Shown here: positions 1-11,016 of the stretch, piece after piece
Position numbering within the stretch: the first letter of the stretch is position 1
Layout of the letters: each line of letters opens with the position of its first letter
Translations under genes and position numbers: made by a program
Assembly (NCBI GenBank): GCA_027604505.1
Contig: JADIIX010000150.1
Span: 1 to 49,836 of the forward strand
Direction of reading: 5' to 3'
Origin: Gonapodya sp. JEL0774
Lineage: Eukaryota
DNA length: 49,836 nucleotides
Notes under the pieces: model-generated
Database searches by the model: none
Told to the model about the DNA's origin: nothing
The model's input: only the letters and a program-made list of their open reading frames with translations

Positions 1-140
1 CTGGCCCGCCGCCCCCGCGGGCCGCGGGGGGTCCCCCCACCGGCGCGGGGCGGGCGCCCGCGGGGGCGGCCGTGGTCCATCGTGCGTCACCCCGTGGGCG
101 CTACGGTGCCCCCCCCCCCCCCCCCTCCCCCCTGCCCCCC

Positions 141-320
141 AAAGTCGGCACCGTCCTCTCCTACATTTTCTACTGGCTCTCCGTCGTGGCCGCCCTGGTG
201 TACATGAAGTGGTCCGAAGGGCGCATCAAGGTGTTTGGCGTGGCCAGCGAGGCAGGGAAGAAGAGGGAGGAGGCCAGGGCGGCAAAGGGGGCGTCTTTGG
301 GAGTGGCGGGGGCGGCGTGA
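141..320 (+). CDS. FTR1: 3' end of a high-affinity iron permease (FTR1 family), 5'-partial
   Basis: Translation VGTVLSYIFYWLSVVAALVYMKWSEGRIKVFG matches the last TM helix of fungal Ftr1 (GTxxSYxxYWxxVxxxLxxMKxxEG). Stop TGA at 318-320. Bases 1-140 are G/C-run-rich and do not translate cleanly. Confidence 0.7.
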   Translation, partial: KVGTVLSYIFYWLSVVAALVYMKWSEGRIKVFGVASEAGKKREEARAAKGASLGVAGAA

Positions 321-455
321 GATAGGGGTGGTGGGGGGGGGGGTCGGAGGTCGGAGGGGGGAGAGGTGGAGGTGGCATGGATCGAGTGGGAGGGTGGTGG
401 TGGAGGTGGGGGTCGAGTGGTGTTTGCCGGTGTTGCATTCTCTTCCAAAGGGTCG

Positions 456-640
456 GACGCTCGGAAAGCTGTTTGTTTTTTTGTTTTGTTTCGTTATTGT
501 GTGTAGCGCGGTATGTGTAATAAGGGTAATAATGGTGACCAAGTCTGTCCGTCTTGATGGTATCCTCTCACACTCGTGCGGTGCGCGATCGTGAGGTGGG
601 TGCGAAGGTGGACAGAGTGCGGTATGCCGATTCCACCTCA
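456..640 (+). repeat. Degenerate direct repeat, copy 1 (pairs with 2901-3052)
   Basis: Shared blocks: ctcggaaag, ggtatgtgtaat, caagtc[t/c]gtccgtcttgatg, tcgtgc[g/a]gtgc[g/t]cgatcgtg, aaggtg, gtgcggt. Confidence 0.8.
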
Positions 641-873
641 TCGTCAGACCGACGAAAGGCAGCGATGTTGGGGATATTGTTGAAGTTGGTTATACAATTG
701 TAATCATAAATTTATTAGTCGTGCGGACGCTACTTCTATTCTGATGTGTGTGCGTGGCTGTCTTCGTTGCACTTGTGTTACAACATAAGATACGAGTTTG
801 GACGCGGGGACCCGCACTCGCTGCTACAACAACTAACACGCACAGCTCCACCTTTGGCCCATCAAAAACTCCC

Positions 874-2459
874 ATGGCAGATGCAAACACGACGTCGCAC
901 GCGGTCCCGAGCGGGGCAACTCTCGGAGATCACGGCACACGGGAGATTTTAGACGCAATTCGCCACCTTCTCAAAGAGGGGGCAAAAGAAAAGAGGATGG
1001 ACCGGGAGCACGAAATGGTTGACTACTATCGTCAGGCGGCCACGGCGAATTCGCTCATCTCCACGTTCATCGCTTCGGTGGCCACTGCTTCAATCTTTCA
1101 ACTCGAGCCGGACGACGATCGCAATTTCCCGGCCCTCGCTGCGCTCGGTGTGACCTTGGCGTTTTCTCTGACCGCACTCACCATGTCGGCCCTGTTACTC
1201 GTATACTCTATTAGGCTACTGGTCGGTCGGGCGCGCTACTATCGCCGTACGCTCGAGGTTGTTGCGGCTCTATCAAGAGGGGCTCTCCTAGTTGCCACTT
1301 GTCTGAGGCTTGCTACCGTATCGCAAGCGCTTGCTTGGGGCGTCGGTGTTGCAACTGGAGTCATGGCAGTTGCCGCGTTTGTCTTGAGAGTCTTTTTAAC
1401 ACACGATACACCATTACAACGGAAGCCAGAACGGAGAACAGAACAACATGTTTTACATTCACCAAACACACGAGTTCTGGCACCTGAAGTGGCCCCCTAT
1501 TCTTCTCCTTCCTTTCGCACACAAATGCTGTTCCCAGGATCAGAAATCTCACCGTTCTTTGAGCCTGAATTGCCTGATTTGGCATATGATCCGGTGGAGC
1601 CAGCTCATTCCCTTAGCAATCCCGGAGGGGAGGGAAGGAGAGAGTCTCTGGAGTCGGATTTGGAAAATGGCCGCCAAATATCTCCTACCACCATCCCACC
1701 ATCACCTCGTTTACAGCCTCAGCAACCAGAAGATCCTCCCAACTTTCTAGAGAGCATCTCTTCGTTACCCTTGACGTCCCCAGAGGCTTTAACTCAAGTG
1801 ATGCATTATGTGGGTCATTCTCCGTATCAATCTGCTGGTACTACAATATCAGTAACCTCGTTGTGTCTTCGAAAAAAATTTCTCAGTTTTCAAGTTTGGA
1901 AGCGGAGCGGCAGCTTTTGGAAATGGCGCGTCGCTCACACATTCTTACCGAGCCAGCCACACCACCATCTGTGGGCGCCATGCAATCTCACCTACCACAA
2001 GACCTGGCTGCGATGCAAGCACATCCACCACAAGCCCCACCACAAGACGTGGTTGTTATGGAAGTCCCGTCACCACAAGCCCAACCACAAGGCATTGTCG
2101 TTATGGAAACCAGCACACTGCAAGTCCGTCAACATTCCTTTGGAGAAACTGTGCTGCTCTCTGTGTAAGTTTGTCAGTGCTTTGGACTGCGCAACTGCAC
2201 AACATGAATGTATCCAAACCTACAGTGCTCACAGCGAAGAGCAGCAGCTCAACCCACCACTGCTTTCATCGGCCGCAGCACCTGCCACACCTCTCAGGCA
2301 ATTGTCTTGGGCGGATTTGCCATTATCCACAGAATCCAGAGAGTAGTGGGTCCTGGACTCGCCCACATTTTCAATATTTGTCTATTTACCAGGGAGAATG
2401 CAGACGGCAATGACGGAGGGAAAACACGAGGGAGAGATGGAAAGGAAGAACTGGACTGA
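874..2459 (+). CDS. Membrane protein with four N-terminal TM helices (PGG-domain-like) and a Pro/Gln-rich disordered tail; probably spliced
   Basis: ORF 748-2346 with likely ATG at 874. Hydrophobic segments ANSLISTFIASVATASIF, LAALGVTLAFSLTALTMSALLLV, LEVVAALSRGALLVA and LAWGVGVATGVMAVAAFVL. The downstream protein-like frame (1863-2168) and the gtaagt donor at 2165 imply introns; the 3' end is uncertain. Confidence 0.55.
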
Positions 2460-2900
2460 AATTTTGTTCAAAATAGCAGGACTTCAAACCTGAGGTAATT
2501 TGAACATGAAAGAGCCAAGCGAGGACGATTAAGATTCTTTTTTCATTGTATTGTCTGCTTGGGAGAGGACTATTCTTGGACTTTGCACAACCGAGTGCAG
2601 GGCCAGGAATGGGTGGCAGTCTCAACATACGTGTCGCAGTTATGTTTGGCTGGTTTGTCAGCTTGGTTGATACACGGTCAAGGTCAATTATCTTACCCAT
2701 CTTCGTTCTAACGACGGCGCACAACAGCTCCAACAGCTCCGCCGCACACGTTGAAGCGGCCCACAGCAGTCGAAACGTATTTCCAACACGCCGTTGCCAC
2801 TGCTGATAATGAAATGGAAAATGAGGCCAGAGATGTGGGATTCAGCTTGATGATGGAAACGCTGACAACACACAACAACCGCTGAGCGCAAGAGCTGAGT

Positions 2901-3052
2901 GGACCTCGGAAAGTCGTGTGTAACAGGGTATGTGTAATGGTGTTGAACAAGTCCGTCCGTCTTGATGTATCAGCTCAATCGTGCAGTGCTCGATCGTGGG
3001 GGGGTCGTGTGAAAGGTGCAGTGCAGGTGCGGTGATGCACTCCTTCGACCTC
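2901..3052 (+). repeat. Degenerate direct repeat, copy 2 (pairs with 456-640)
   Basis: Same colinear blocks as 456-640. Confidence 0.8.
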
Positions 3053-3744
3053 CAGTGTTCCAACTCATCTGCTCATTCCATCGCATCTCCGGATACCTAA
3101 CATGGCGACTTTACATTCATCGACGCCCTTCCCGTTTCTCCAGTTCCGTGTTCGACAAAGAAGAGAGGGCAGGCGAACCCAGCACGGCGGGGCGGTAGCG
3201 TGCCTTGGATCTTCATTCCTACGACCAGGGTATCGGTTCATCATCGGTACCGTGCCTCGTTTTGACGAGCATTTTCCCGCTCATTTGGGATCATCCTGTT
3301 TAAAAAGAACCCCTTTCAGTTGTTGGGACGCTTCGGCGCGCGCCGGGGTGGATCGGAGCTCGGCGGAATGGGAGCGGTGGAATGTTGTCAGGCATGAGAC
3401 GCGCCGTAAACACGAGTTTCTGAGAGTGCGGGGTATATTGACGGAAATGAATTACACAGATATCTCCTTCGCGTGATTGCGGGGAATCTGTGTCCGATAT
3501 CGATCCTCTGAAGTCACACCGTTGGTTCTCTGCGGCACAAAGCTGTGGGAATCCCGGTTGAGTGCTCCCGTCATCGGCCGTCGGTCAGTAGCTGCGAAGA
3601 ACCCCTCTCATCCGATCAAGTGGAGACAAGTAGTTTCAATACGTTTTCATTCTTGGCCGAGTAAGCGAGTCGGTTTTGGAATGTTTGTGCTTGGTGTGCA
3701 CTGGTTAGTGGTCGCAGGTGCTCCAAAGTCCAAGTTGTATACAG

Positions 3745-4135
3745 TAAGGCGAACCTTTCGTCGTCACCTACGTAGATCAATTGCCGCGAGCAACGTTCAC
3801 AGGGTTAGCGACGAGGACGCCGCCCGCCAAATTGCACCCTGTCCTGCGTCTCCTCTGTCCGGAGTATTCACAGTCCCGAGACCACCACCCCTCCTGATGG
3901 TAGCGTGCTCCGACGCACGCGGTGGAAATACGGCCGACCGCCGGACCGGACGACATCCTCGATGAACGGGCACCGTACCAACTCCCTTCGGGGTGCCTGC
4001 GAACCACAGTTCCCTCCGATAGGAATTGCCATGTCATACTCACGAGCAGTATCAATGGAAGTGGACTTGAGTCAGGGCGTGTGCGTGGGTCTGGCGGTTG
4101 GGTTGGCTGGAGCCCGTCTGTAGGGATGTCGGGAA
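3745..4135 (+). repeat. Interspersed repeat family, copy A (~390 bp, most diverged)
   Basis: Colinear similarity to 14471-14700 (+) and 17509-17897 (-), e.g. ggacgccgc[c/t]cgccaa, cccctcctgatgg, tgctccga[c/t]gca. The block gttccctccga..ggaa..gccatgtcatactcac is shared with copy C. Confidence 0.85.
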
Positions 4136-4699
4136 GAATGCAGCGGGACGTCAAGAAGAACCAGCTGCAGGCCGAATGGAAAGTAGAGGAGAAGGGCAAA
4201 GTATGTGCTCGCTGCCATTGACGATCGGCGTGGCTGCGGTTATTGAAAGATGAGTGAACACCATACAACTTGCTGAATGTGCACTACACAGTCTATGAAC
4301 TGATGCAACAAGCATCCCAATACCTTCCTTCTTGTCTTTGAGCTATGTAATGTCTGTATTGTAATGCCTACATCAAAATAGATGTTTCAATGGCTCGTAT
4401 CCCACAAGCCGCGATTCCCCATAAATATGGAGACCCGTCCCACTCCACAGGAACGTCTTCCAAGGACGATTCTGCAGATCCGAAATGTTTGCTGGGCTCC
4501 TGTACAGCAATACCGGTGATTCCAGGACAACACCGGTTGCTCGCAATTTCCTCCCAACCCCCAAGCCCCTGCTTATATGTAGTGCACTTCCGGCACTGTT
4601 CCCACGGCCCCCGGAGGCCCGGCATTGAAAATCACACATAGGACGCCAAAAACACCCATCCACGCTCCCACATACCTTGACCCGACTTCCCCGTCTAAT

Positions 4700-4723
4700 C
4701 CCCCCCCCCCCCCCCCCCCCCCC
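4700..4723. repeat. Poly-C homopolymer (24 nt)
   Basis: Direct read. Confidence 0.9.
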
Positions 4724-6194
4724 GGGTGTTTCTCCCCACCACGAATCCGCCCGGCGCCAGCCAAGTTCACTCAGCTACTCACACTCCCCGCTGCAATTTC
4801 AGCGCCCGAAAAATTTGCGAGCGTCCAGTATTGCGTCGAGCCACAAATCCTCCCGCGCCGACGACACATACTTGTTGTTTCTTGGGTCCGTGTCTGGTGG
4901 CTCTTAAGTCCTTTCATAAGTCCTTTACTTTCGCGATTCCAGTCGCTGGCTTCCAATGCGATCAATTGTCTACCATGCTCACCACTCCTGCCCCGGTGCT
5001 CGCATTCCCTCACTCATGGCTGCACCCAAACGGTCCACATCCTCGTTGCGTCGTTCCTTCGTGTGGGATCTTGTTGCATGCTCCCCAAGCAAGACCCCTG
5101 GAATTGGCCCTACTCAAAGCGGCTGGTGCCACTCGCACACCCCACCTTCAATCGAGAATTGCATACAGCACTCACTCCCCTTGCGCCCCCGATTTGTTGC
5201 CCTCTCTCCGCTCCTCCTTGCTCTGGCGGGTTGCATCCCCGAGCGAGAGAGTGGAGCTGTAGAATGTGGTGGAGAGGTGACGGCAATGTAGACATTGAGT
5301 AGCGTGGTAACGTGCGGGAAATAATAGTACGCGAAAGTAGTAAACGGCTGGTGCAATGTGTGTGGATGGTGTCGGTGACCTTTTCCGAGTCAGCCAACAG
5401 CACAAAGATCTGAATTGAGTGTCTCTGCTGTAAGAGCCAGTTCCTCTGGGGTTGCGGGAGCAGTTGTGTTGCCGAACTTCGGTTCGTCTTTGTCATAAAT
5501 ATGAACCGCGTCTCCCCAACGTGACTGGCGATATTGGAGCAGGGTGAGCGTCACAAGATGTTCTCGACGTCTGTACCGAATCGGCGACCGACGTGAATGT
5601 AAGTTGAAGACCTCGACACAGGTTCTGAAGATCGACGCGATACCGACGGCACCCGAAACGATTCCGAAAGCCTCAGCCGTCCAATATCTGTAGCTGGTAA
5701 TACGAGCTCGCGGTCCTGCCGGAGGGACAATCGAGAGTCTTTGCTAGGCCCAATTATAAATTTTTCGTTGGCCGGCGAATTGTCGAATCACAGATATTGA
5801 TTGCCCATTCCACAAACGCTATATATAAAGCAAGGACTACCAGAACAGAATTGGGTGTTCCAACAGGTTCGTCCGCCTCAGGTTTGAATGGAAGGTGACG
5901 CGATAATGGGAATTGCGACATTGTGCTGTGTGTTTGAAACACCACCGCGTACCCGATCTTTTCTAATAAGGGTACATCCTGAAACCCACCGAGAATCAAT
6001 TTCAAATCACAGAACAAGTTTGATACATTTGGGACTTTGATTTGAGTCACAGTAAGCACTTGCCATTTTTGGGCATCAGAGCTGTGGCCTGTGGGCAAAG
6101 GATCATAACGACAGGGACACCGCGATCCTTCTCTGTCCGAGGTCGCGTGACCGTCGCCATTTCCTCTCCAATCCTCAAAGCTCACGCTCCCAGC

Positions 6195-8257
6195 ATGGCC
6201 GGAACCGGGAGCTCTCGTGTGGAACTACCAACGGCGGACACCGGAAGCGCCATTGTCGATGATCGGCTGCAGCTTCCTGATGAAGACTGCAGGGCATGGA
6301 TTGTTTCAGAGCAGCTCTCGGAAGACGGAAGCCCACCAATAAATATGTATCAAAGTAAACCTGAAAAGGAAGCGGACGATGAAAAGACTGGTAAGGGCTT
6401 CGCTTGTCTTGATAGTTTGCTGAATTCGAAATGTGACGATGCTGGCCGCACACACACCCGTTTATCCACGATCGTGATGCAACCCAGCTATCATCGACCA
6501 CTCGGAAGCTCAAGAGACAACTCCACTAATCATAAAAACTCCCATCATAAACTCCCAGTCGACTGCATATAACTCAGCCCACTGGCAGATCCTTCTTCTG
6601 TCCCTCTCTCTGTCTTTTGGACCAACCTTTTGGGGCTCCCTACAGGCACTAGGTGGCGCTGGCCGAGGGGAGCACACTCACACCAGTGCCGGACTCGCGG
6701 TTCTTTACACCTGCTTCATGCTCTCATGCCTGGTCGTTGGAACAGTCTCGAACCGCTTACGTGCTCCTCGAGCAATGCTCGTGATCGGTGGTCTCGGACA
6801 CGTCCAGTACATTGCAATCCTCTGGATGGTGACCTCATGGGAGTCCACGATTGCGAATGGGCTTGGAGAGGATATCAGGAGCGGCCAGGCCAAGTCCTCC
6901 GAGCCATTGGGGTTCGCTCTCCTCCTCATCTCCTCAGCAATTCTTGGAATTTGCAAAGGTCCTCTATGGACGACACAAGGCCAGCTTCTTATGGCTTATC
7001 CAGACTCTTCCAATCGAGGGGCTTCAGCTGGAACTTTCGTTATGGTCCAGAATGTCATCTCCGTCCTAGGAAGCCTACTACCTTTTATCATGAATTATTG
7101 GGGTGGCAACGGCAAAGGGGGCGTGACACAAGCCACCTATGGTGTGGCTACGTGAGTTTTGCGAAACAATGGTTGTGCTTTGCCGATTGGACCGAACACT
7201 ACAAAACTTCCTCCACCCAACTGCAGCGCTGTCATCTCCCTCTCTGCCATCCTACCACTTTTCATGACACCCTTCACCAAAGTGGTCCGTGACGATGGCT
7301 CTTCCCCGGCCTGGGATGAAACTACCGAAGTTTCTTCCATCGCCACAGAGATTCGAGAGACTATGGCGACTTTTGCGCTTCCCGAAATGTTGCTCATGAC
7401 ACCACTGTGAGATGATCAGCAGGATTGAAAATGCATTGTCTCTTTTGTAAAAGAAAAACTGACTTCTGTGCTGTGCTGTGCGAACCACCACTTATCATTT
7501 GCAGGTTCTTTGCTCTTGGAACAAGAGCATCATTGTGAGACTCTTTCAACTCCGTCATTACTTGAGACAATGTTGACCCGTAACTTCTTTGCGGATCCGC
7601 TTGGTTCTTCAAAAGTCTTTGGAACCACGTCAACCTTCCCCGATTCACTGTCCGCACGCGTGCCCTCAACAACATTCTCAGCAGTGTTGTTGGGACTGCC
7701 ACCGTCAAGTTGTTTGCACGACCTCTTGATTGTTCGACGGTATCTGCGCGTCATCGTGCGCACGGTGCGTGGAAGGTCACGATGATATCCACGGTACTGT
7801 TTTGGGTCGCGGTGGCGGTATTCGGTGTTGTCGTGCGGCCAAAAGAAGATGGATTAGATGAAGGAAAGCTGGATTTTGCGTCTTTGGACGGTTGGCCGGG
7901 AATTGCAGTATATACGGCGAGCGGCATTATTGATGGAATATCGACGGTTTTCCGTGAGTTTCTCCACATACTTTTTGTTGGCTTCATTCTTGATTGCAAC
8001 CAACCAATCTCAGCGCTTTGATAGTGTATTGGGTCCTTGCTCACCTCTCATTCCCCCCCACGACCTTTTCTCGAGTCGCTGCCGTGCGACACGTTTGGGG
8101 TGCGATCGCACTGGCCGTAGGATTTGGGGTCTCCGCGGCGGGAATTGGCGAAAAGTGGCAATGGGGTTGGTGTTCTGTGTGGAGTGTTGGTGCAGTGAGT
8201 TACTTGTATGAGATGCGAGCGTGGCTGATTCCCGTGCTGACACCCGTCATTCTTTAG
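6195..8257 (+). CDS. UNC-93-like (DUF895) MFS transporter, multi-exon
   Basis: Spliced reading gives YNSAHWQILLLSLSLSFGPTFWGSLQALGGAG, GPLWTTQGQLLMAYPDSSNRG, KVVRDDGS and RFTVRTRALN, all typical of fungal UNC-93-like proteins. GT-AG introns start near 6391, 7152, 7407, 7535 and 7954. Confidence 0.85.
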
Positions 8258-8610
8258 TTGATACCCGTGTACTACTTGATAGAGCGGTACTTCTCCAACG
8301 ACAACCACACTGTTGTTCCTCGAGATGAAGAAGTAGATGTTTAGACTGGTCTGCTTTTTGGAATGGATACCCCCTTGTTCAAGTCTACCATATAGGGTAA
8401 TCACAGGCGGATTGACGATCTCAGTAGTGATTTTCGATGTGCATAATATTTTCACTAATTTGTCAATTATAATATTGAATATCTGTTCATAACACCTCAA
8501 GCAAACAAGTACAAAGTATGCCCTCACTTGAAGATCGTCTGCACCACTTATTACTGGATACTACGCACATACAGTCCGAGATATCAAGGGAACGCTAAGT
8601 CGCGTTCTTC

Positions 8611-10338
8611 TTACAAGCCTTGTGCATCGAAGTTTGCAACCAGCTTATCCAACCTCTCGGGACCCGCGATCTTCACGAAGAATGAGAGGAACTCGGATTC
8701 CCTTCCAACAAGATTGTGGGGGCGTGGGCGCCACTGAAGGGGCAAGAGTAGTGAGGATGGAGAGAACAGAGTGTCAATGATGTATCATAACGTTGATAGC
8801 ACCGATTGCTCACAAGTTCCACCTGCTCTACCATCACTTGAACAACTTCCTTGGGCTCGAGTAAGCGCGGCATCTGGAGACAATCCGCTTTAATAATGAC
8901 AGTCCATCAACGTGTTGAGACGATGGTAAACCTACGTGAGTGTGGAACGCGCTCCTTGACATGCGTTTCCTGATATCCTGAGCTCCTCCGTAGGCCTGGA
9001 TAACCTCCTCTGGCTGTGCAAGCACCTTGGAGATTTTGCGCTCATCAATGGCCGTGAGGAAGGGAGTACGGGCATAAAACTTTTTTTTGCGGAACGCAAG
9101 GGTTATTGTGATCAGACCCGAGTTTCGACTCACTGTTGCAAAACGTAGGACTCACTGGCTCTACGAGAGACACTAAGATGCCTTGTGATGCAACTTCCTG
9201 GCGGAGTGTGACTCCAAATACCTGAACCGCGTGCTTTGAAGCACAGTAAGACCCTTTGAGAAGTCACGGTCAATGCATCTGCGGCAACCACCGATAAGAG
9301 GATTCTCTTACCACTCGGAGAGGCCTTCATGGTGCCGGCAATGCTTGAAACCGTGACAATTCGTGGTTGCGGCAGACGTCCCGTGGCAATGCCGTCCTTG
9401 TTTGACGAGACATATTTGCGAAGGAGGGGTAGAAGTGCCACAGTCACTCGAACCACTCCAAAGTACTGATTGCATTAGTGATCGAGTGTGATCCATCGGG
9501 GGTTAGAGCAAGTCAGCTGAGGCAATTATGAGACAAAAGTGCACCTTCATGTCGGATACCCACATTCACATCCATATCCTTCTGGATCATGTCGAGAGTC
9601 GAAAGCTCCCACTTATAGGCAGCATGGACGCCGGCCTAAAGGCAGTACATTGTAGCTCGGTTTCAGACTATTCTTTCAATTCTCAAGAAAACCTCAGACA
9701 GACCCACATTGTTGACCAGAGCAAACAGCCCTTCAGGTGCTTCCCGGGACAACATTTCTGCACACGATTTGACATCCGCATCCTTCGTGACGTCGAGCTT
9801 GTTTTACGCCAACAGGATTGTTGTTTTAATATGAACGTGCACAGAGTTACGTGGGTACCAATACCACCAACCTTGAACGGGCGAATCTTTGCGTACTTGC
9901 TATCTGAGCTCGCTAGTTTCTTGAATTCTTCAATAGCCAAATCTGAATTGCAGGAGGGGAACATCCAACGAGTTTCTCCCGAAATGGAACGCACAGGTAA
10001 GAAGGGGTTGTCTCACCAGTCAGACATGCTGCAAAAACTGTAAAGCCTTTGGAAGCAAGATCCTTCGCCGTAAGATTTCCGAAACCTTTCAATGGTAATA
10101 TATCAGACCTTCCGAGGATCACAGATCGTCTGCAACTATCGGCAAACCCACCCGTGTCACACCCAGTTACGACAACTTTCAAGTTCGATGTGGGTGTGAT
10201 TTTCCTGTCTTTTCTGAGGGCACCGAATGCAGTTCGAGCTGCAGCAGCAGAGAGGAGAGCAGCTCCAGTGACCAGGACCCAACGGGGAAGACGGGTTCGA
10301 GCCGAGGCGGTATCCAGTAGAGATGTGATGGAAGACAT
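8611..10338 (-). CDS. Short-chain dehydrogenase/reductase (17beta-HSD / retinol-DH / BDH1-like), multi-exon
   Basis: N-terminal membrane anchor, then VVVTGCDTG|FGNLTAKDLASKGFTVFAACLT (TGCDxGFG Rossmann motif), RIVTVSSIAG, a CASKHAV (YxxxK-type) exon, and C-terminus ERLDKLVANFDAQGL*. Confidence 0.9.
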
Positions 10339-11016
10339 CTTTGTTCAAGATTTGGTGGAGAATTAATCACAGTAAAGCTGTTGGAGTGAGTCGGGTATTC
10401 GCAAAGTGTCGAGCCGACTTGTCCCTCCTGCACGCGGCAAAAGTGAAACAATGGCACCGAACAGGCAAAGAAAACCAAAGAACAGCTGTCGGAAAAACAT
10501 TCGAGTTTTGAATTATTGAGAATCGCTGGTTTTTTGAGGATGGGCTACGGCAGAGCGCTGCTTGAAGATTCCGCTCATGTACATAGACTAGTCAAAGCCG
10601 GTGCATAAATGGATCGCGGGCATATGACTCTGTACATGGATATAAGAATATTATTATTACTGTAATGTGACTTCATTATACCTCCCGCTACTAGTTCATC
10701 TCCGTCATCTCCGCATCACAACCCCACCAAACCAGACTAAACCCCACCCAGCTCCCCTTTCCTCCGTTTACCCAAATTTTGGGAATAAAGCACCTCTCGC
10801 CACAAACAGTCTTAATCTATTCGAAGACACTTGGCCTCTTCGGACGGGATCAGAGTGCTGGGAAGACAGTACTACAGCAATATAATGCAACTCCACTCAA
10901 GTTCCACATCCGTACCGCTTTTATGACCGTTTTTGAAGTTCACTACATAAGTGCGCTTATTTTGTATTAGCCTGGACAAAGGAGTGTCAGAAACGTTTTC
11001 ACTCTCATTCTTCGCC

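Noticed and set aside
4625..5496. Several overlapping ORFs of 110-225 aa after the poly-C run
   Set aside because: No recognisable domain or consistent splice pattern; probably spurious or heavily decayed.
7407..7616. Apparent in-frame stops in the UNC-93-like gene
   Set aside because: Explained by two introns around a ~30-nt exon, giving LFFALGTRASFLWNHVN in frame.
10576..10638. Short inverted repeat catgtaca/tgtacatg in the SDR-TRP intergenic region
   Set aside because: Too short and built on a palindrome; expected by chance.
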